Below are positions 28,535 to 43,500 of a stretch of DNA of 64,000 nt, piece by piece. A model generated the notes under the pieces. The model was not told the DNA's origin. It ran no database searches and saw nothing but the letters and a program-made list of their open reading frames with translations. The stretch is from the human T2T-CHM13v2.0 reference genome, Homo sapiens. The stretch lies in assembly GCF_009914755.1 (NCBI RefSeq), contig NC_060948.1. The stretch is one strand, 5' to 3'. The first letter of the stretch is position 1, and every line of letters begins with the position of its first letter. The position numbers and the translations under genes were made by a program.

Positions 28535-31500
28535 TTGAATGGAATAGAACAGAATGGAATCAAATCGAATGAAATGGAATGGAATAGAAAGGAATGGAAT
28601 GAAATGGAATGGAAAGGATTCGAATGGAATGCAATCGAATGGAATGGAATCGAACGGAATGGAATAAAATGGAAGAAAACTGGCAAGAAATGGAATAGAA
28701 ATGAATGGAGTGTTATGGAACGGACTCAAAAGGAATTGAATGTAATAGAATGGAGTGGAGTGGACTCGAATATAATGGACTGGAATGGAATGAAATCACA
28801 TGGAATGGGAACGAATGGAATGGAATGGAAAGGAATGGAATCGAATGGAAAGGAATCGAATGGAAGGGAATGAAATTGAATCAACAGGAATGGAAGGGAA
28901 TAGAATAGACGGTAATGGAATGGACTCGAATAGAATGGACACGATTGCTGAAATTGAATGGACTCGAATGGAATGGAAACGAAAGGAATGTCATCGAATG
29001 GAATTGAATCGATTGGAATGAAATCGCATAGAATGGAGTGGAATCAAATGGAATTGAATCGAAAGGAAAGGAAGCGAATGGACTGAAATGAAATGGAATG
29101 GAATTGAATGGAAAGTAATGCAATGGAATAGAATGGAACGAAATTTCACGGAATGGAATCAAACTGAATGGAATCAAATCAATGGAATCAAATCAAATGG
29201 AATGGAAAGGAATTGAATGGAGTAGATTGGATTCGATGGGATTGGAATGAAATGTACTGGAAAGGACTCGAATTTCATGAAACGGAATGGAATGAATTGG
29301 AACGGAATGGACTCGAATGGAATGGAATGTCATGGAATGGCATCAAATGGAATGGAATCGAATGCAATGGAATGCTATGGAATGGAATGGAATGCATTGG
29401 AATGGAATGTCCTCTAATGGAATGGATTCGAGTGGAATGGAATCGAATATAATGGAGTCGAATGAAATGGAATTGAAAGGAGTGGGATCGAATACAATGG
29501 AATATACTGGAATGTAATGTAATGAACTCGAATGTAATTGACTGGAATGGAATGTACATGAATGGAATGTAATCCAATGGAAAGTAATCCAATAGAATAG
29601 AATCTAATGCAATAAAACCGACTCAGATAGAGTAGAATGTAATGGAATGGAGTGCAGTGCAATGGAATGGAATGGAATGGAATGCAATGGAATGGAATGG
29701 AATGGAATGGAATGGAATGGAATGGAATGGGATGGAATGGGATGGAATGGATAGTAATGGACTGGAGTGAAATGGACTGGAAAGGAATGGACTCAAATTG
29801 AAAGGGCTCGAAAGGAATGGAGTCAAATGGAATGTTCTGGAATGGAATGAACACGAATGTAATGCAATCCAATAGAACGGAATCGAATGGCATGGAATAT
29901 AAAGAAATGGAATCGAAGAGAATGGAAAAAAATGGAATGGAATTGAATGGAATGGAATTGAATGGAATGGGAACGAATGGAGTGAAATTGTATGCAGTAG
30001 AAGGGAATAGAATGGAATGCAAGCGAAAGGAAAGGAATGGATTGGAATGGAATGGAATTCATTGGAATGGAAGGGAATGTAGTGTAATGGACAGGCCTGG
30101 AATAAAGTGGAATGCTACGGTCTCGAATGGAATAAAAATGTATGGAATGGAATGCAATGAAACGGAATCGAATGTCATAGAATGTAATGGAATGCAAAAA
30201 AATGGAATCCAAAATCATTGACTGGAAAGGCTGTGTGGCGAAAGGAATTGACTCCAATGGAATGGAATCGAATGGAATGGAAGTGAATAGAATCGAACTA
30301 AATCGAATGGAATGGAATTGATAGGAACGGAATGGAAAGGAATGCAATGATTTGGCATGGAATGGAATCGAATGGCATCGAATGGAATGGAATGGAATGC
30401 AATGGAATGGAATGTATTAGAATGTAATGAACTTTAATGGAATGTACTCGAATGGATTCGACTGGAATGGAATGTTCTGGAAGTGAATGGACTCCAATGG
30501 AATGGATTCAAAAGGAATGGAATCATACGGAATGGAATCTAATGGAATGGAATTAAATGGAAGTGAATCAAATTGAATAGCACGGAATTGAATTGAATGG
30601 AATGGAATGCAACGGAATCTAATGAAACGGAAAGGAAAGGAATGGAATGGAATGGAATGGGCTGGAATGGAAAGGAATCGAAACGAATGGAATGGAATCG
30701 AACTGAAGAGACTGGAATGGAATGCACTGGAATGGAAGGGAGTTTAATGGAAGGTTCTCGAAAAAAATGGAATCGAATGGAATGGAATTGAATGGAACGG
30801 AATAGAGTCGAATGGAATTGAATGGAATGGAATGGACTAGAGTGAAATGGAATCGAACCACAAGGAATGGACAGGAATAGAATGGTCTCGAATTGAATGG
30901 AATCGTATGGAATGGCATCAAACGGAATGGAATGGACAGCCACGGAATGGAATGCACTCGAATGCAATGGAGTCGAAACTAATGGACTGGAATAGAATGG
31001 ACTCGACTGGTACGGACTCCAATGGAATGGAATCGAATGGAAGGGAATCGAACGGAATGGACTCGAAGGGAAAAGACTGCAATGGAAAGGTCTCGAATGG
31101 AATGGAAATTAATGGAATGGAATGGAATCGAATGAAATGGAGTCAAAAGGAATGGAATCGAATGGCAAGAAATCGAATGTAATGGAATCGCAAGGAATTG
31201 ATGTGAACGGAACGGAATGGAATGGAATCCAAAGGAATGGAATAGAATGGAATGGAATCGAATGGAAAGGACTCGAATGGAAATCACTCGAATAGAATGC
31301 AATTTAATAAAATAGGATCAAATGTAATGGAATGGAATGGAAAGGAATCGAAACGAAAGGAATGGAGACAGATGGAATGGAATGGAACAGAGAGCAATGG
31401 TATAGAATGGAATGGAATCATCTGGAATGGAATTGAATGGAATGGAATAATATGAAATGGAATGGAATGGAATGGAATGGAATGGAATGGAATGCCCTTG

Positions 31501-34500
31501 AATTAAATGGACTGGAATGGAATGGACTCGAACAGAGTGGAATGGAAAGTGTTGAGATAGAATGCAATGGACTCCTTCGGAATGGTCTAGTATGCAATGC
31601 AATCGACTGGCAGGGAATCAAAAGGAATGTAATCGAATGGATTGGACTGGAATGCAGTGGACTCGAATAGATTGGAAACGGAATGCAAAGGAATGGAATG
31701 GAATAGTATGGAATGGAATGGAAAGGAATGGAGTGGAATAGACTAGAGTGGAATGGAATGGACTGGAAAGCAATGGACTGGAATGGAACTTTCTTGAATG
31801 GACTGGAATCAAACGGAATGGAATGCAATGCAATCAAATGGCATGGAATAAAATATAATGAAAGAGAATCAAATGGAATTGAATCGAATGGAATCGAATG
31901 GATTGGAAAGGAATAGAATGGAATGGAATTGAATTGACTCAAATGGAATGGACTAGAATGGAATGGATTCGAATGGAAGGCAAAGGAATGGAATCTATTG
32001 GAATGGACTGTAATGGAATGGAATGGAAGGGATTGGAATGGACTCGAATGGAATGGACTGCAATAGAAAGGATTCGAATGGAATGAAAAAGAATTGAATG
32101 GAATAGAACAGAATGGAATCAAATCGAATGAAATGGAATGGAATAGAAAGGAATGGAATGAAATGGAATGGAAAGGATTCGAATGGAATGCAATCGAATG
32201 GAATGGAATCGAACGGAATGGAATAAAATGGAAGAAAACTGGCAAGAAATGGAATCGAAATGAATGGAGTGTAATGGAACGGACTCAAAAGGAATTGAAT
32301 GTAATAGAATGGAGTGGAGTGGACTCGAATATAATGGACTGGAATGGAATGAAATCACATGGAATGGGAACGAATGGAATGGAATGGAAAGGAATGGAAT
32401 CGAATGGAAAGGAATCGAATGGAAGGGAATGAAATTGAATCAACAGGAATGGAAGGGAATAGAATAGACGGTAATGGAATGGACTCGAATAGAATGGACA
32501 CGAATGCTGAAATTGAATGGACTCGAATGGAATGGAAACGAAAGGAATGTCATCGAATAGAATTGAATCGACTGGAATGAAATCGCAAGAATGGAGTGGA
32601 ACCAAATGGAATTGAATCAAAAGGAAAGGAAGCGAATGGACTGAAATGAAATGGAATGGAATTGAATGGAAAGTAATGCAATGGAATAGAATGGAACGAA
32701 ATTTCACGGAATGGAATCAAACTGAAAGGAATCAAATCAATGGAATCTAATCAAATGGAATGGAAAGGAATTGAATGGAGTAGATTGGATTGGATGGGAT
32801 TGGAGTGAAATGTACTGGAAAGGACTCGAATTTCATGAAACGGAATGGAATGAATTGGAACGGAATGGACTCGAATGGAATGGAATGTCATGGAATGGCA
32901 TCAAATGGAATGGCATCAAATGGAATGGAATCGAATGCAATGGAATGCTATGGAATGGAATGGAATGCATTGGAATGGAATGTCCTCTAATGGAATGGAT
33001 TCGAGTGGAATGGAATCGAATATAATGGAGTCGAATGAAATGGAATTGAAAGGAATGGGATCGAATACAATGGAATATGCTGGAATGTAATGTAATGAAC
33101 TCGAATGTAATTGACTGGAATGGAATGTACATGAATGGAATGTAATCGAATGGAAAGTAATCCAATGGAATAGAATCTAATGCAATAAAATCGACTCAGA
33201 TAGAGTAGAATGTAATGGAATGGAGTGCAGTACAATGGAATGGAATGGAATGCAATGGAATGGAATGGAATGGAATGGAATGGAATGGAATGGGATGGAA
33301 TGGGATGGAATGGTATGGAGTGGATAGTAATGGACTGGAGTGAAATGGACTGGAAAGGAATGGACTCAAATTGAAAGGGCTCGAAAGGAATGGAGTCAAA
33401 TGGAATGGTCTGGAATGGAATGAACACGAATGTAATGCAATCCAATAGAATGGAATCGAATGGCATGGAATATAAAGAAATGGAATCAAAGAGAATGGAA
33501 ACAAATGGAATGGAATTGAATGGAATGGAATTGAATGGAATGGGAACGAATGGAGTGAAATTGTATGCAGTAGAAGGGAATAGAATGGAATGCAAGCGAA
33601 AGGAAAGGAATGGATTGGAATGGAATGGAATTCATTGGAATGGAAGGGAATGTAGTGTAATGGACAGGCCTGGAATAAAGTGGAATGCTACGGTCTCGAA
33701 TGGAATAAAAATGTATGGAATGGAATGCAATGAAACGGAATCGAATGTCATAGAATGTAATGGAATGCAAAAAAATGGAATCCAAAATCATTGACTGGAA
33801 AGGCTGGGTGTCGAAAGGAATTGACTCCAATGATATGGAATCGAATGGAATGGAAGTGAATAGAATCGAACTAAATCGAATGGAATGGAATTGATAGGAA
33901 CGGAATGGAAAGGAATGCAATGAATTGGCATGGAATGGAATCGAATGGCATCGAATGGAATGGAATGGAATGCAATGGAATGGAATGTATTAGAATGTAA
34001 TGAACTTTAATGGAATGTACTCGAATGGATTCGACTGGAATGGAATGTTCTGGAAGTGAATGGAATCCAATGGAATGGATTCAAAAGGAATGGAATCGTA
34101 CGGAATGGAATCTAATGGAATGGAATTAAATGGAAATGAATCAAATTGAATAGCACGGAATTGAATTGAATGGAATGGAATGCAATGGAATCTAATGAAA
34201 CGGAAAGGAAAGGAATGGAATGGAATGGAATGGGCTGGAATGGAAAGGAATCGAAACGAATGGAATGGAATCGAACTGAAGAGACTGGAATGGAATGCAC
34301 TGGAATGGAAGGGAGTGTAATGGAAGGTTCTCGAAAAAAATGGAATCGAATGGAATGGAATTGAATGGAACGGAATAGAGTCGAATGGAATTGAATGGAA
34401 TGGAATGGACTAGAGTGAAATGGAATCGAACCACAAGGAATGGACAGGAATAGAATGGTCTCGAATTGAATGGAATCGTATGGAATGGCATCAAACGGAA

Positions 34501-37500
34501 TGGAATGGACAGCCACGGAATGGAATGCACTCGAATGCAATGGAGTCGAAACTAATGGACTGGAATAGAATGGACTCGACTGGTATGGACTCCAATGGAA
34601 TGGAATCGAATGGAAGGGAATCGAACGGAATGGACTCGAAGGGAAATGACTGCAATGGAAAGGTATCGAATGGAATGGAAATTAATGGAATGGAATGGAA
34701 TCGAATGAAATGGAGTCAAAAGGAATGGAATCGAATGGCAAGAAATCGAATGTAATGGAATCGCAAGGAATTGATGTGAACGGAACGGAATGGAATGGAA
34801 TCCAAAGGAATGGAATAGAATGGAATGGAATCGAATGGAAAGGACTCGAATGGAAATCACTCGAATAGAATGCAATTTAATAAAATAGGATCAAATGTAA
34901 TGGAATGGAATGGAAAGGAATCGAAACGAAAGGAATGGAGACAGATGGAATGGAATGGAACAGAGAGCAATGGTATAGAATGGAATGGAATCATCTGGAA
35001 TGGAATTGAATGGAATGGAATAATATGAAATGGAATGGAATGGAATGGAATGGAATGCCCTTGAATTAAATGGACTGGAATGGAATGGACTCGAACAGAG
35101 TGGAATGGAAAGTGTTGAGATAGAATGGAATGGACTCCTTTGGAATGGTGTAGTATGCAATGCAATCGACTGGCAGGGAATCAAAAGGAATGTAATCGAA
35201 TGGATTGGACTGGAATGCAATGGACTCGAATAGATTGGAAACGGAATGCAAAGGAATGGAATGGAATAGTATGGAATGGAATGGAAAGGAATGGAGTGGA
35301 ATAGACTAGAGTGGAATGGAATGGACTGGAAAGCAATGGACTGGAATGGAACTTTCTTGAATGGACTGGAATCAAACGGAATGGAATGCAATGCAATCAA
35401 ATGGCATGGAATAAAATAGAATGAAAGAGAATCAAATGGAATTGAATCGAATGGAATCGAATGGATTGGAAAGGAATAGAATGGAATGGAATGGAATTGA
35501 CTCGAATGAAATGGACTAGAATGGAATGGATTCGAATGGAAGGCAAAGGAATGGAATCTATTGGAATGGACTGTAATGGAATGGAATGGAAAGGATTGGA
35601 ATGGACTCGAATGGAATGGACTGCAATAGAAAGGATTCGAATGGAATGAAAAAGAATTGAATGGAATAGAACAGAATGGAATCAAATCGAATGAAATGGA
35701 ATGGAATAGAAAGGAATGGAATGAAATGGAATGGAAAGGATTCGAATGGAATGCAATCGAATGGAATGGAATCGAACGGAATGGAATAAAATGGAAGAAA
35801 ACTGGCAAGAAATGGAATCGAAATGAATGGAGTGTTATGGAACGGACTCAAAAGGAATTGAATGTAATAGAATGGAGTGGAGTGGACTCGAATATAATGG
35901 ACTGGAATGGAATGAAATCACAAGGAATGGGAACGAATGGAATGGAATGGAAAGGAATGGAATCGAATGGAAAGGAATCGAATGGAAGGGAATGAAATTG
36001 AATCAACAGGAATGGAAGGGAATAGAATAGACGGTAATGGAATGGACTCGAATAGAATGGACACGAATGCTCAAATTGAATGGACTCGAATGGAATGGAA
36101 ACGAAAGGAATGTCATCGAATGGAATTGAATGGATTGGAATGAAATCGCATAGAATGGAGTGGAATCAAATGGAATTGAATCGAAAGGAAAGGAAGCGAA
36201 TGGACTGAAATGAAATGGAATGGAATTGAATGGAAAGTAATGCAATGGAATAGAATGGAACGAAATTTCACGGAATGGAATCAAACTGAATGGAATCAAA
36301 TCAATGGAATCAAATCAAATGGAATGGAAAGGAATTGAATGGAGTAGATTGGATTGGATGGGATTGGAATGAAATGTACTGGAAAGGACTCGAATTTCAT
36401 GAAACGGAATGGAATGAATTGGAACGGAATGGACTCGAATGGAATGGAATGTCATGGAATGGCATCAAATGGAATGGCATCAAATGGAATGGAATCGAAT
36501 GCAATGGAATGCTATGGAATGGAATGGAATGCATTGGAATGGAATGTCCTCTAATGGAATGGATTCGAGTGGAATGGAATCGAATATAATGGAGTCGAAT
36601 GAAATGGAATTGAAAGGAGTGGGATCGAATACAATGGAATATACTGGAATGTAATGTAATGAACTCGAATGTAATTGACTGGAATGGAATGTACATGAAT
36701 GGAATGTAATCGAATGGAAAGTAATCCAATGGAATAGAATCTAATGCAATAAAACCGACTCAGATAGAGTAGAATGTAATGGAATGGAGTGCAGTGCAAT
36801 GGAATGGAATGGAATGGAAGGCAATGGAATGGAATGGAATGGAATGGAATGGAATGGAATGGAATGGGATGGAATGGGATGGAATGGATAGTAATGGACT
36901 GGAGTGAAATGGATTGGAAAGGAATGGACCCAAATTGAAAGGGCTCGAAAGGAATGGAGTCAAATGGAATGGTCTGGAATGGAATGAACACGAATGTAAT
37001 GCAATCCAATAGAATGGAATCGAATGGCATGGAATATAAAGAAATGGAATCGAAGAGAATGGAAACAAATGGAATGGAATTGAATGGAAGGGAATTGAAT
37101 GGAATGGGAACGAATGGAGTGAAATTGTATGCAGTAGAAGGGAATAGAATGGAATGCAAGCGAAAGGAAAGGAATGGATTGGAATGGAATGGAATTCATT
37201 GGAATGGAAGGGAATGTAGTGTAATGGACAGGCCTGGAATAAAGTGGAATGCTACGGTCTCGAATGGAATAAAAATGTATGGAATGGAATGCAATGAAAC
37301 GGAATCGAATGTCATAGAATGTAATGGAATGCAACAAAATGGAATCCAAAATCATTGACTGGAAAGGCTGGGTGTCGAAAGGAATTGACTCCAATGGAAT
37401 GGAATCGAATGGAATGGAAGTGAATAGAATCGAACTAAATCGAATGGAATGGAATTGATAGGAACGGAATGGAAAGGAATGCAATGATTTGGCATGGAAT

Positions 37501-40500
37501 GGAATCGAATGGCATCGAATGGAATGGAATGGAATGGAATGCAATGGAATGGAATGTATTAGAATGTAATGAACTTTAATGGAATGTACTCGAATGGATT
37601 CGACTGGAATGGAATGTTCTGGAAGTGAATGGACTCCAATGGAATGGATTCAAAAGGAATGGAATCGTACGGAATGGAATCTAATGGAATGGAATTAAAT
37701 GGAAATGAATCAAATTGAATAGCACGGAATTGAATTGAATGGAATGGAATGCAATGGAATCTAATGAAACGGAAAGGAAAGGAATGGAATGGAATGGAAA
37801 GGGCTGGAATGGAAAGGAATCGAAACGAATGGAATGGAATCGAACTGAAGAGACTGGAATGGAATGCACTGGAATGGAAGGGAGTGTAATGGAAGGTTCT
37901 CGAAAAAAATGGAATCGAATGGAATGGAATTGAATGGAACGGAATAGAGTCGAATGGAATTGAATGGAATGGAATGGACTAGAGTGAAATGGAATCGAAC
38001 CACAAGGAATGGACAGGAATAGAATGGTCTCGAATTGAATGGAATCGTATGGAATGGCATCAAACGGAATGGAATGGACAGCCACGGAATGGAATGCACT
38101 CGAATGCAATGGAGTCGAAACTAATGGACTGGAATAGAATGGACTCGACTGGTACGGACTCCAATGGAATGGAATCGAATGGAAGGGAATCGAACGGAAT
38201 GGACTCGAAGGGAAAAGACTGCAATGGAAAGGTCTCGAATGGAATGGAAATTAATGGAATGGAATGGAATCGAATGAAATGGAGTCAAAAGGAATGGAAT
38301 CGAATGGCAAGAAATCGAATGTAATGGAATCGCAAGGAATTGATGTGAACGAAACGGAATGGAATGGAATCCAAAGGAATGGAATAGAATGGAATGGAAT
38401 CGAATGGAAAGGACTCGAATGGAAATCACTCGAATAGAATGCAATTTAATAAAATAGGATCAAATGTAATGGAATGGAATGGAAAGGAATCGAAACGAAA
38501 GGAATGGAGACAGATGGAATGGAATGGAACAGAGAGCAATGGTATAGAATGGAATGGAATCATCTGGAATGGAATTGAATGGAATGGAATAATATGAAAT
38601 GGAATGGAATGGAATGGAATGGAATGGAATGGAATGCCCTTGAATTAAATGGACTGGAATGGAATGGACTCGAACAGAGTGGAATGGAAAGTGTTGAGAT
38701 AGAATGCAATGGACTCCTTCAGAATGGTCTAGTATGCAATGCAATCGACTGGCAGGGAATCAAAAGGAATGTAATCGAATGGATTGGACTGGAATGCAGT
38801 GGACTCGAATAGATTGGAAACGGAATGCAAAGGAATGGAATGGAATAGTATGGAATGGAATGGAAAGGAATGGAGTGGAATAGACTAGAGTGGAATGGAA
38901 TGGACTGGAAAGCAATGGACTGGAATGGAACTTTCTTGAATGGACTGGAATCAAACGGAATGGAATGCAATGCAATCAAATGGCATGGAATAAAATAGAA
39001 TGAAAGAGAATCAAATGGAATTGAATCGAATGGAATCGAATGGATTGGAAAGGAATAGAATGGAATGGAATGGAATTGACTCAAATGGAATGGACTAGAA
39101 TGGAATGGATTCGAATGGAAGGCAAAGGAATGGAATCTATTGGAATGGACTGTAATGGAATGGAATGGAAGGGATTGGAATGGACTCGAATGGAATGGAC
39201 TGCAATAGAAAGGATTCGAATGGAATGAAAAAGAATTGAATGGAATAGAACAGAATGGAATCAAATCGAATGAAATGGAATGGAATAGAAAGGAATGGAA
39301 TGAAATGGAATGGAAAGGATTCGAATGGAATGCAATCGAATGGAATGGAATCGAACGGAATGGAATAAAATGGAAGAAAACTGGCAAGAAATGGAATCGA
39401 AATGAATGGAGTGTTATGGAACGGACTCAAAAGGAATTGAATGTAATAGAATGGAGTGGAGTGGACTCGAATATAATGGACTGGAATGGAATGAAATCAC
39501 ATGGAATGGGAACGAATGGAATGGAATGGAAAGGAATGGAATCGAATGGAAAGGAATCGAATGGAAGGGAATGAAATTGAATCAACAGGAATGGAAGGGA
39601 ATAGAATAGACGGTAATGGAATGGACTCGAATAGAATGGACACGAATGCTCAAATTGAATGGACTCCAATGGAATGGAAACGAAAGGAATGTCATCGAAT
39701 AGAATTGAATCGACTGGAATGAAATCGCAAGAATGGAGTGGAATCAAATGGAATTGAATCGAAAGGAAAGGAAGCGAATGGACTGAAATGAAATGGAATG
39801 GAATTGAATGGAATGTAATGCAATGGAATAGAATGGAACGAAATTTCACGGAATGGAATCAAACTGAAAGGAATCAAATCAATGGAATCTAATCAAATGG
39901 AATGGAAGGGAATTGAATGGAGTAGATTGGATTGGATGGGATTGGAGTGAAATGTACTGGAAAGGACTCGAATTTCATGAAACGGAATGGAATGAATTGG
40001 AACGGAATGGACTCGAATGGAATGGAATGTCATGGAATGGCATCAAATGGAATGGCATCAAATGGAATGGAATCGAATGCAATGGAATGCTATGGAATGG
40101 AATGGAATGCATTGGAATGGAATGTCCTCTAATGGAATGGATTCGAGTGGAATGGAATCGAATATAATGGAGTAGAATGAAATGGAATTGAAAGGAATGG
40201 GATCGAATACAATGGAATATGCTGGAATGTAATGTAATGAACTCGAATGTAATTGACTGGAATGGAATGTACATGAATGGAATGTAATCGAATGGAAAGT
40301 AATCCAATGGAATAGATTCTAATGCAATAAAATCGACTCAGATAGAGTAGAATGTAATGGAATGGAGTGCAGTACAATGGAATGGAATGGAATGCAATGG
40401 AATGGAATGGAATGGAATGGAATGGAATGGAATGGGATGGAATGGGATGGAATGGTATGGAGTGGATAGTAATGGACTGGAGTGAAATGGACTGGAAAGG

Positions 40501-43500
40501 AATGGACTCAAATTGAAAGGGCTCGAAAGGAATGGAGTCAAATGGAATGGTCTGGAATGGAATGAACACGAATGTAATGCAATCCAATAGAATGGAATCG
40601 AATGGCATGGAATATAAAGAAATGGAATCGAAGAGAATGGAAACAAATGGAATGGAATTGAATGGAATGGAATTGAATGGAATGGGAACGAATGGAGTGA
40701 AATTGTATGCAGTAGAAGGGAATAGAATGGAATGCAAGCGAAAGGAAAGGAATGGATTGGAATGGAATGGAATTCATTGGAATGGAAGGGAATGTAGTGT
40801 AATGGACAGGCCTGGAATAAAGTGGAATGCTACGGTCTCGAATGGAATAAAAATGTATGGAATGGAATGCAATGAAACGGAATCGAATGTCATAGAATGT
40901 AATGGAATGCAAAAAAATGGAATCCAAAATCATTGACTGGAAAGGCTGGGTGTCGAAAGGAATTGACTCCAATGATATGGAATCGAATGGAATGGAAGTG
41001 AATAGAATCAAACTAAATCGAATGGAATGGAATTGATAGGAACGGAATGGAAAGGAATGCAATGAATTGGCATGGAATGGAATCGAATGGCATCGAATGG
41101 AATGGAATGGAATGCAATGGAATGGAATGTATTAGAATGTAATGAACTTTAATGGAATGTACTCGAATGGATTCGACTGGAATGGAATGTTCTGGAAGTG
41201 AATGGACTCCAATGGAATGGATTCAAAAGGAATGGAATCGTACGGAATGGAATCTAATGGAATGGAATTAAATGGAAATGAATCAAATTGAATAGCACGG
41301 AATTGAATTGAATGGAATGGAATGCAATGGAATCTAATGAAACGGAAAGGAAAGGAATGGAATGGAATGGAATGGGCTGGAATGGAAAGGAATCGAAACG
41401 AATGGAATGGAATCGAACTGAAGAGACTGGAATGGAATGCACTGGAATGGAAGGGAGTGTAATGGAAGGTTCTCGAAAAAAATGGAATCGAATGGAATGG
41501 AATTGAATGGAACGGAATAGAGTCGAATGGAATTGAATGGAATGGAATGGACTAGAGTGAAATGGAATCGAACCACAAGGAATGGACAGGAATAGAATGG
41601 TCTCGAATTGAATGGAATCGTATGGAATGGCATCAAACGGAATGGAATGGACAGCCACGGAATGGAATGCACTCGAATGCAATGGAGTCGAAACTAATGG
41701 ACTGGAATAGAATGGACTCGACTGGTACGGACTCCAATGGAATGGAATCGAATGGAAGGGAATCGAACGGAATGGACTCGAAGGGAAAAGACTGCAATGG
41801 AAAGGTCTCGAAAGGAATGGAAATTAATGGAATGGAATGGAATCGAATGAAATGGAGTCAAAAGGAATGGAATCGAATGGCAAGAAATCGAATGTAATGG
41901 AATCGCAAGGAATTGATGTGAACGGAACGGAATGGAATGGAATCCAAAGGAATGGAATAGAATGGAATGGAATCGAATGGAAAGGACTCGAATGGAAATC
42001 ACTCGAATAGAATGCAATTTAATAAAATAGGATCAAATGTAATGGAATGGAATGGAAAGGAATCGAAACGAAAGGAATGGAGACAGATGGAATGGAATGG
42101 AACAGAGAGCAATGGTATAGAATGGAATGGAATCATCTGGAATGGAATTGAATGGAATGGAATAATATGAAATGGAATGGAATGGAATGGAATGGAATGC
42201 CCTTGAATTAAATGGACTGGAATGGAATGGACTCGAACAGAGTGGAATGGAAAGTGTTGAGATAGAATGGAATGGACTCCTTTGGAATGGTGTAGTATGC
42301 AATGCAATCGACTGGCAGGGAATCAAAAGGAATGTAATGGAATGGATTGGACTGGAATGCAATGGACTCGAATAGATTGGAAACGGAATGCAAAGGAATG
42401 GAATGGAATAGTATGGAATGGAATGGAAAGGAATGGAGTGGAATAGACTAGAGTGGAATGCAATGGACTGGAAAGCAATGGACTGGAATGGAACTTTCTT
42501 GAATGGACTGGAATCAAACGGAATGGAATGCAATGCAATCAAATGGCATGGAATAAAATAGAATGAAAGAGAATCAAATGGAATTGAATCGAATGGAATC
42601 GAATGGATTGGAAAGGAATAGAATGGAATGGAATGGAATGGACTAGAATGGAATGGACTAGAATGGAATGGATTCGAATGGAAGGCAAAGGAATGGAATC
42701 TATTGGAATGGACTGTAATGGAATGGAATGGAAAGGATTGGAATGGACTCGAATGGAATGGACTGCAATAGAAAGGATTCGAATGGAATGAAAAAGAATT
42801 GAATGGAATAGAACAGAATGGAATCAAATCGAATGAAATGGAATGGAATAGAAAGGAATGGAATGAAATGGAATGGAAAGGATTCGAATGGAATGCAATC
42901 AAATGGAATGGAATCGAACGGAATGGAATAAAATGGAAGAAAACTGGCAAGAAATGGAATCGAAATGAATGGAGTGTTATGGAACGGACTCAAAAGGAAT
43001 TGAATGTAATAGAATGGAGTGGAGTGGACTCGAATATAATGGAATCGAATGGAATGAAATCACAAGGAATGGGAACGAATGGAATGGAATGGAAAGGAAT
43101 GGAATCGAATGGAAAGGAATCGAATGGAAGGGAATGAAATTGAATCAACAGGAATGGAAGGGAATAGAATAGACGGTAATGGAATGGACTCGAATAGAAT
43201 GGACACGAATGCTCAAATTGAATGGACTCGAATGGAATGGAAACGAAAGGAATGTCATCGAATGGAATTGAATGGATTGGAATGAAATCGCATAGAATGG
43301 AGTGGAATCAAATGGAATTGAATCGAAAGGAAAGGAAGCGAATGGACTGAAATGAAATGGAATGGAATTGAATGGAAAGTAATGCAATGGAATAGAATGG
43401 AACGAAATTTCACGGAATGGAATCAAACTGAATGGAATCAAATCAATGGAATCAAATCAAATGGAATGGAAAGGAATTGAATGGAGTAGATTGGATTGGA

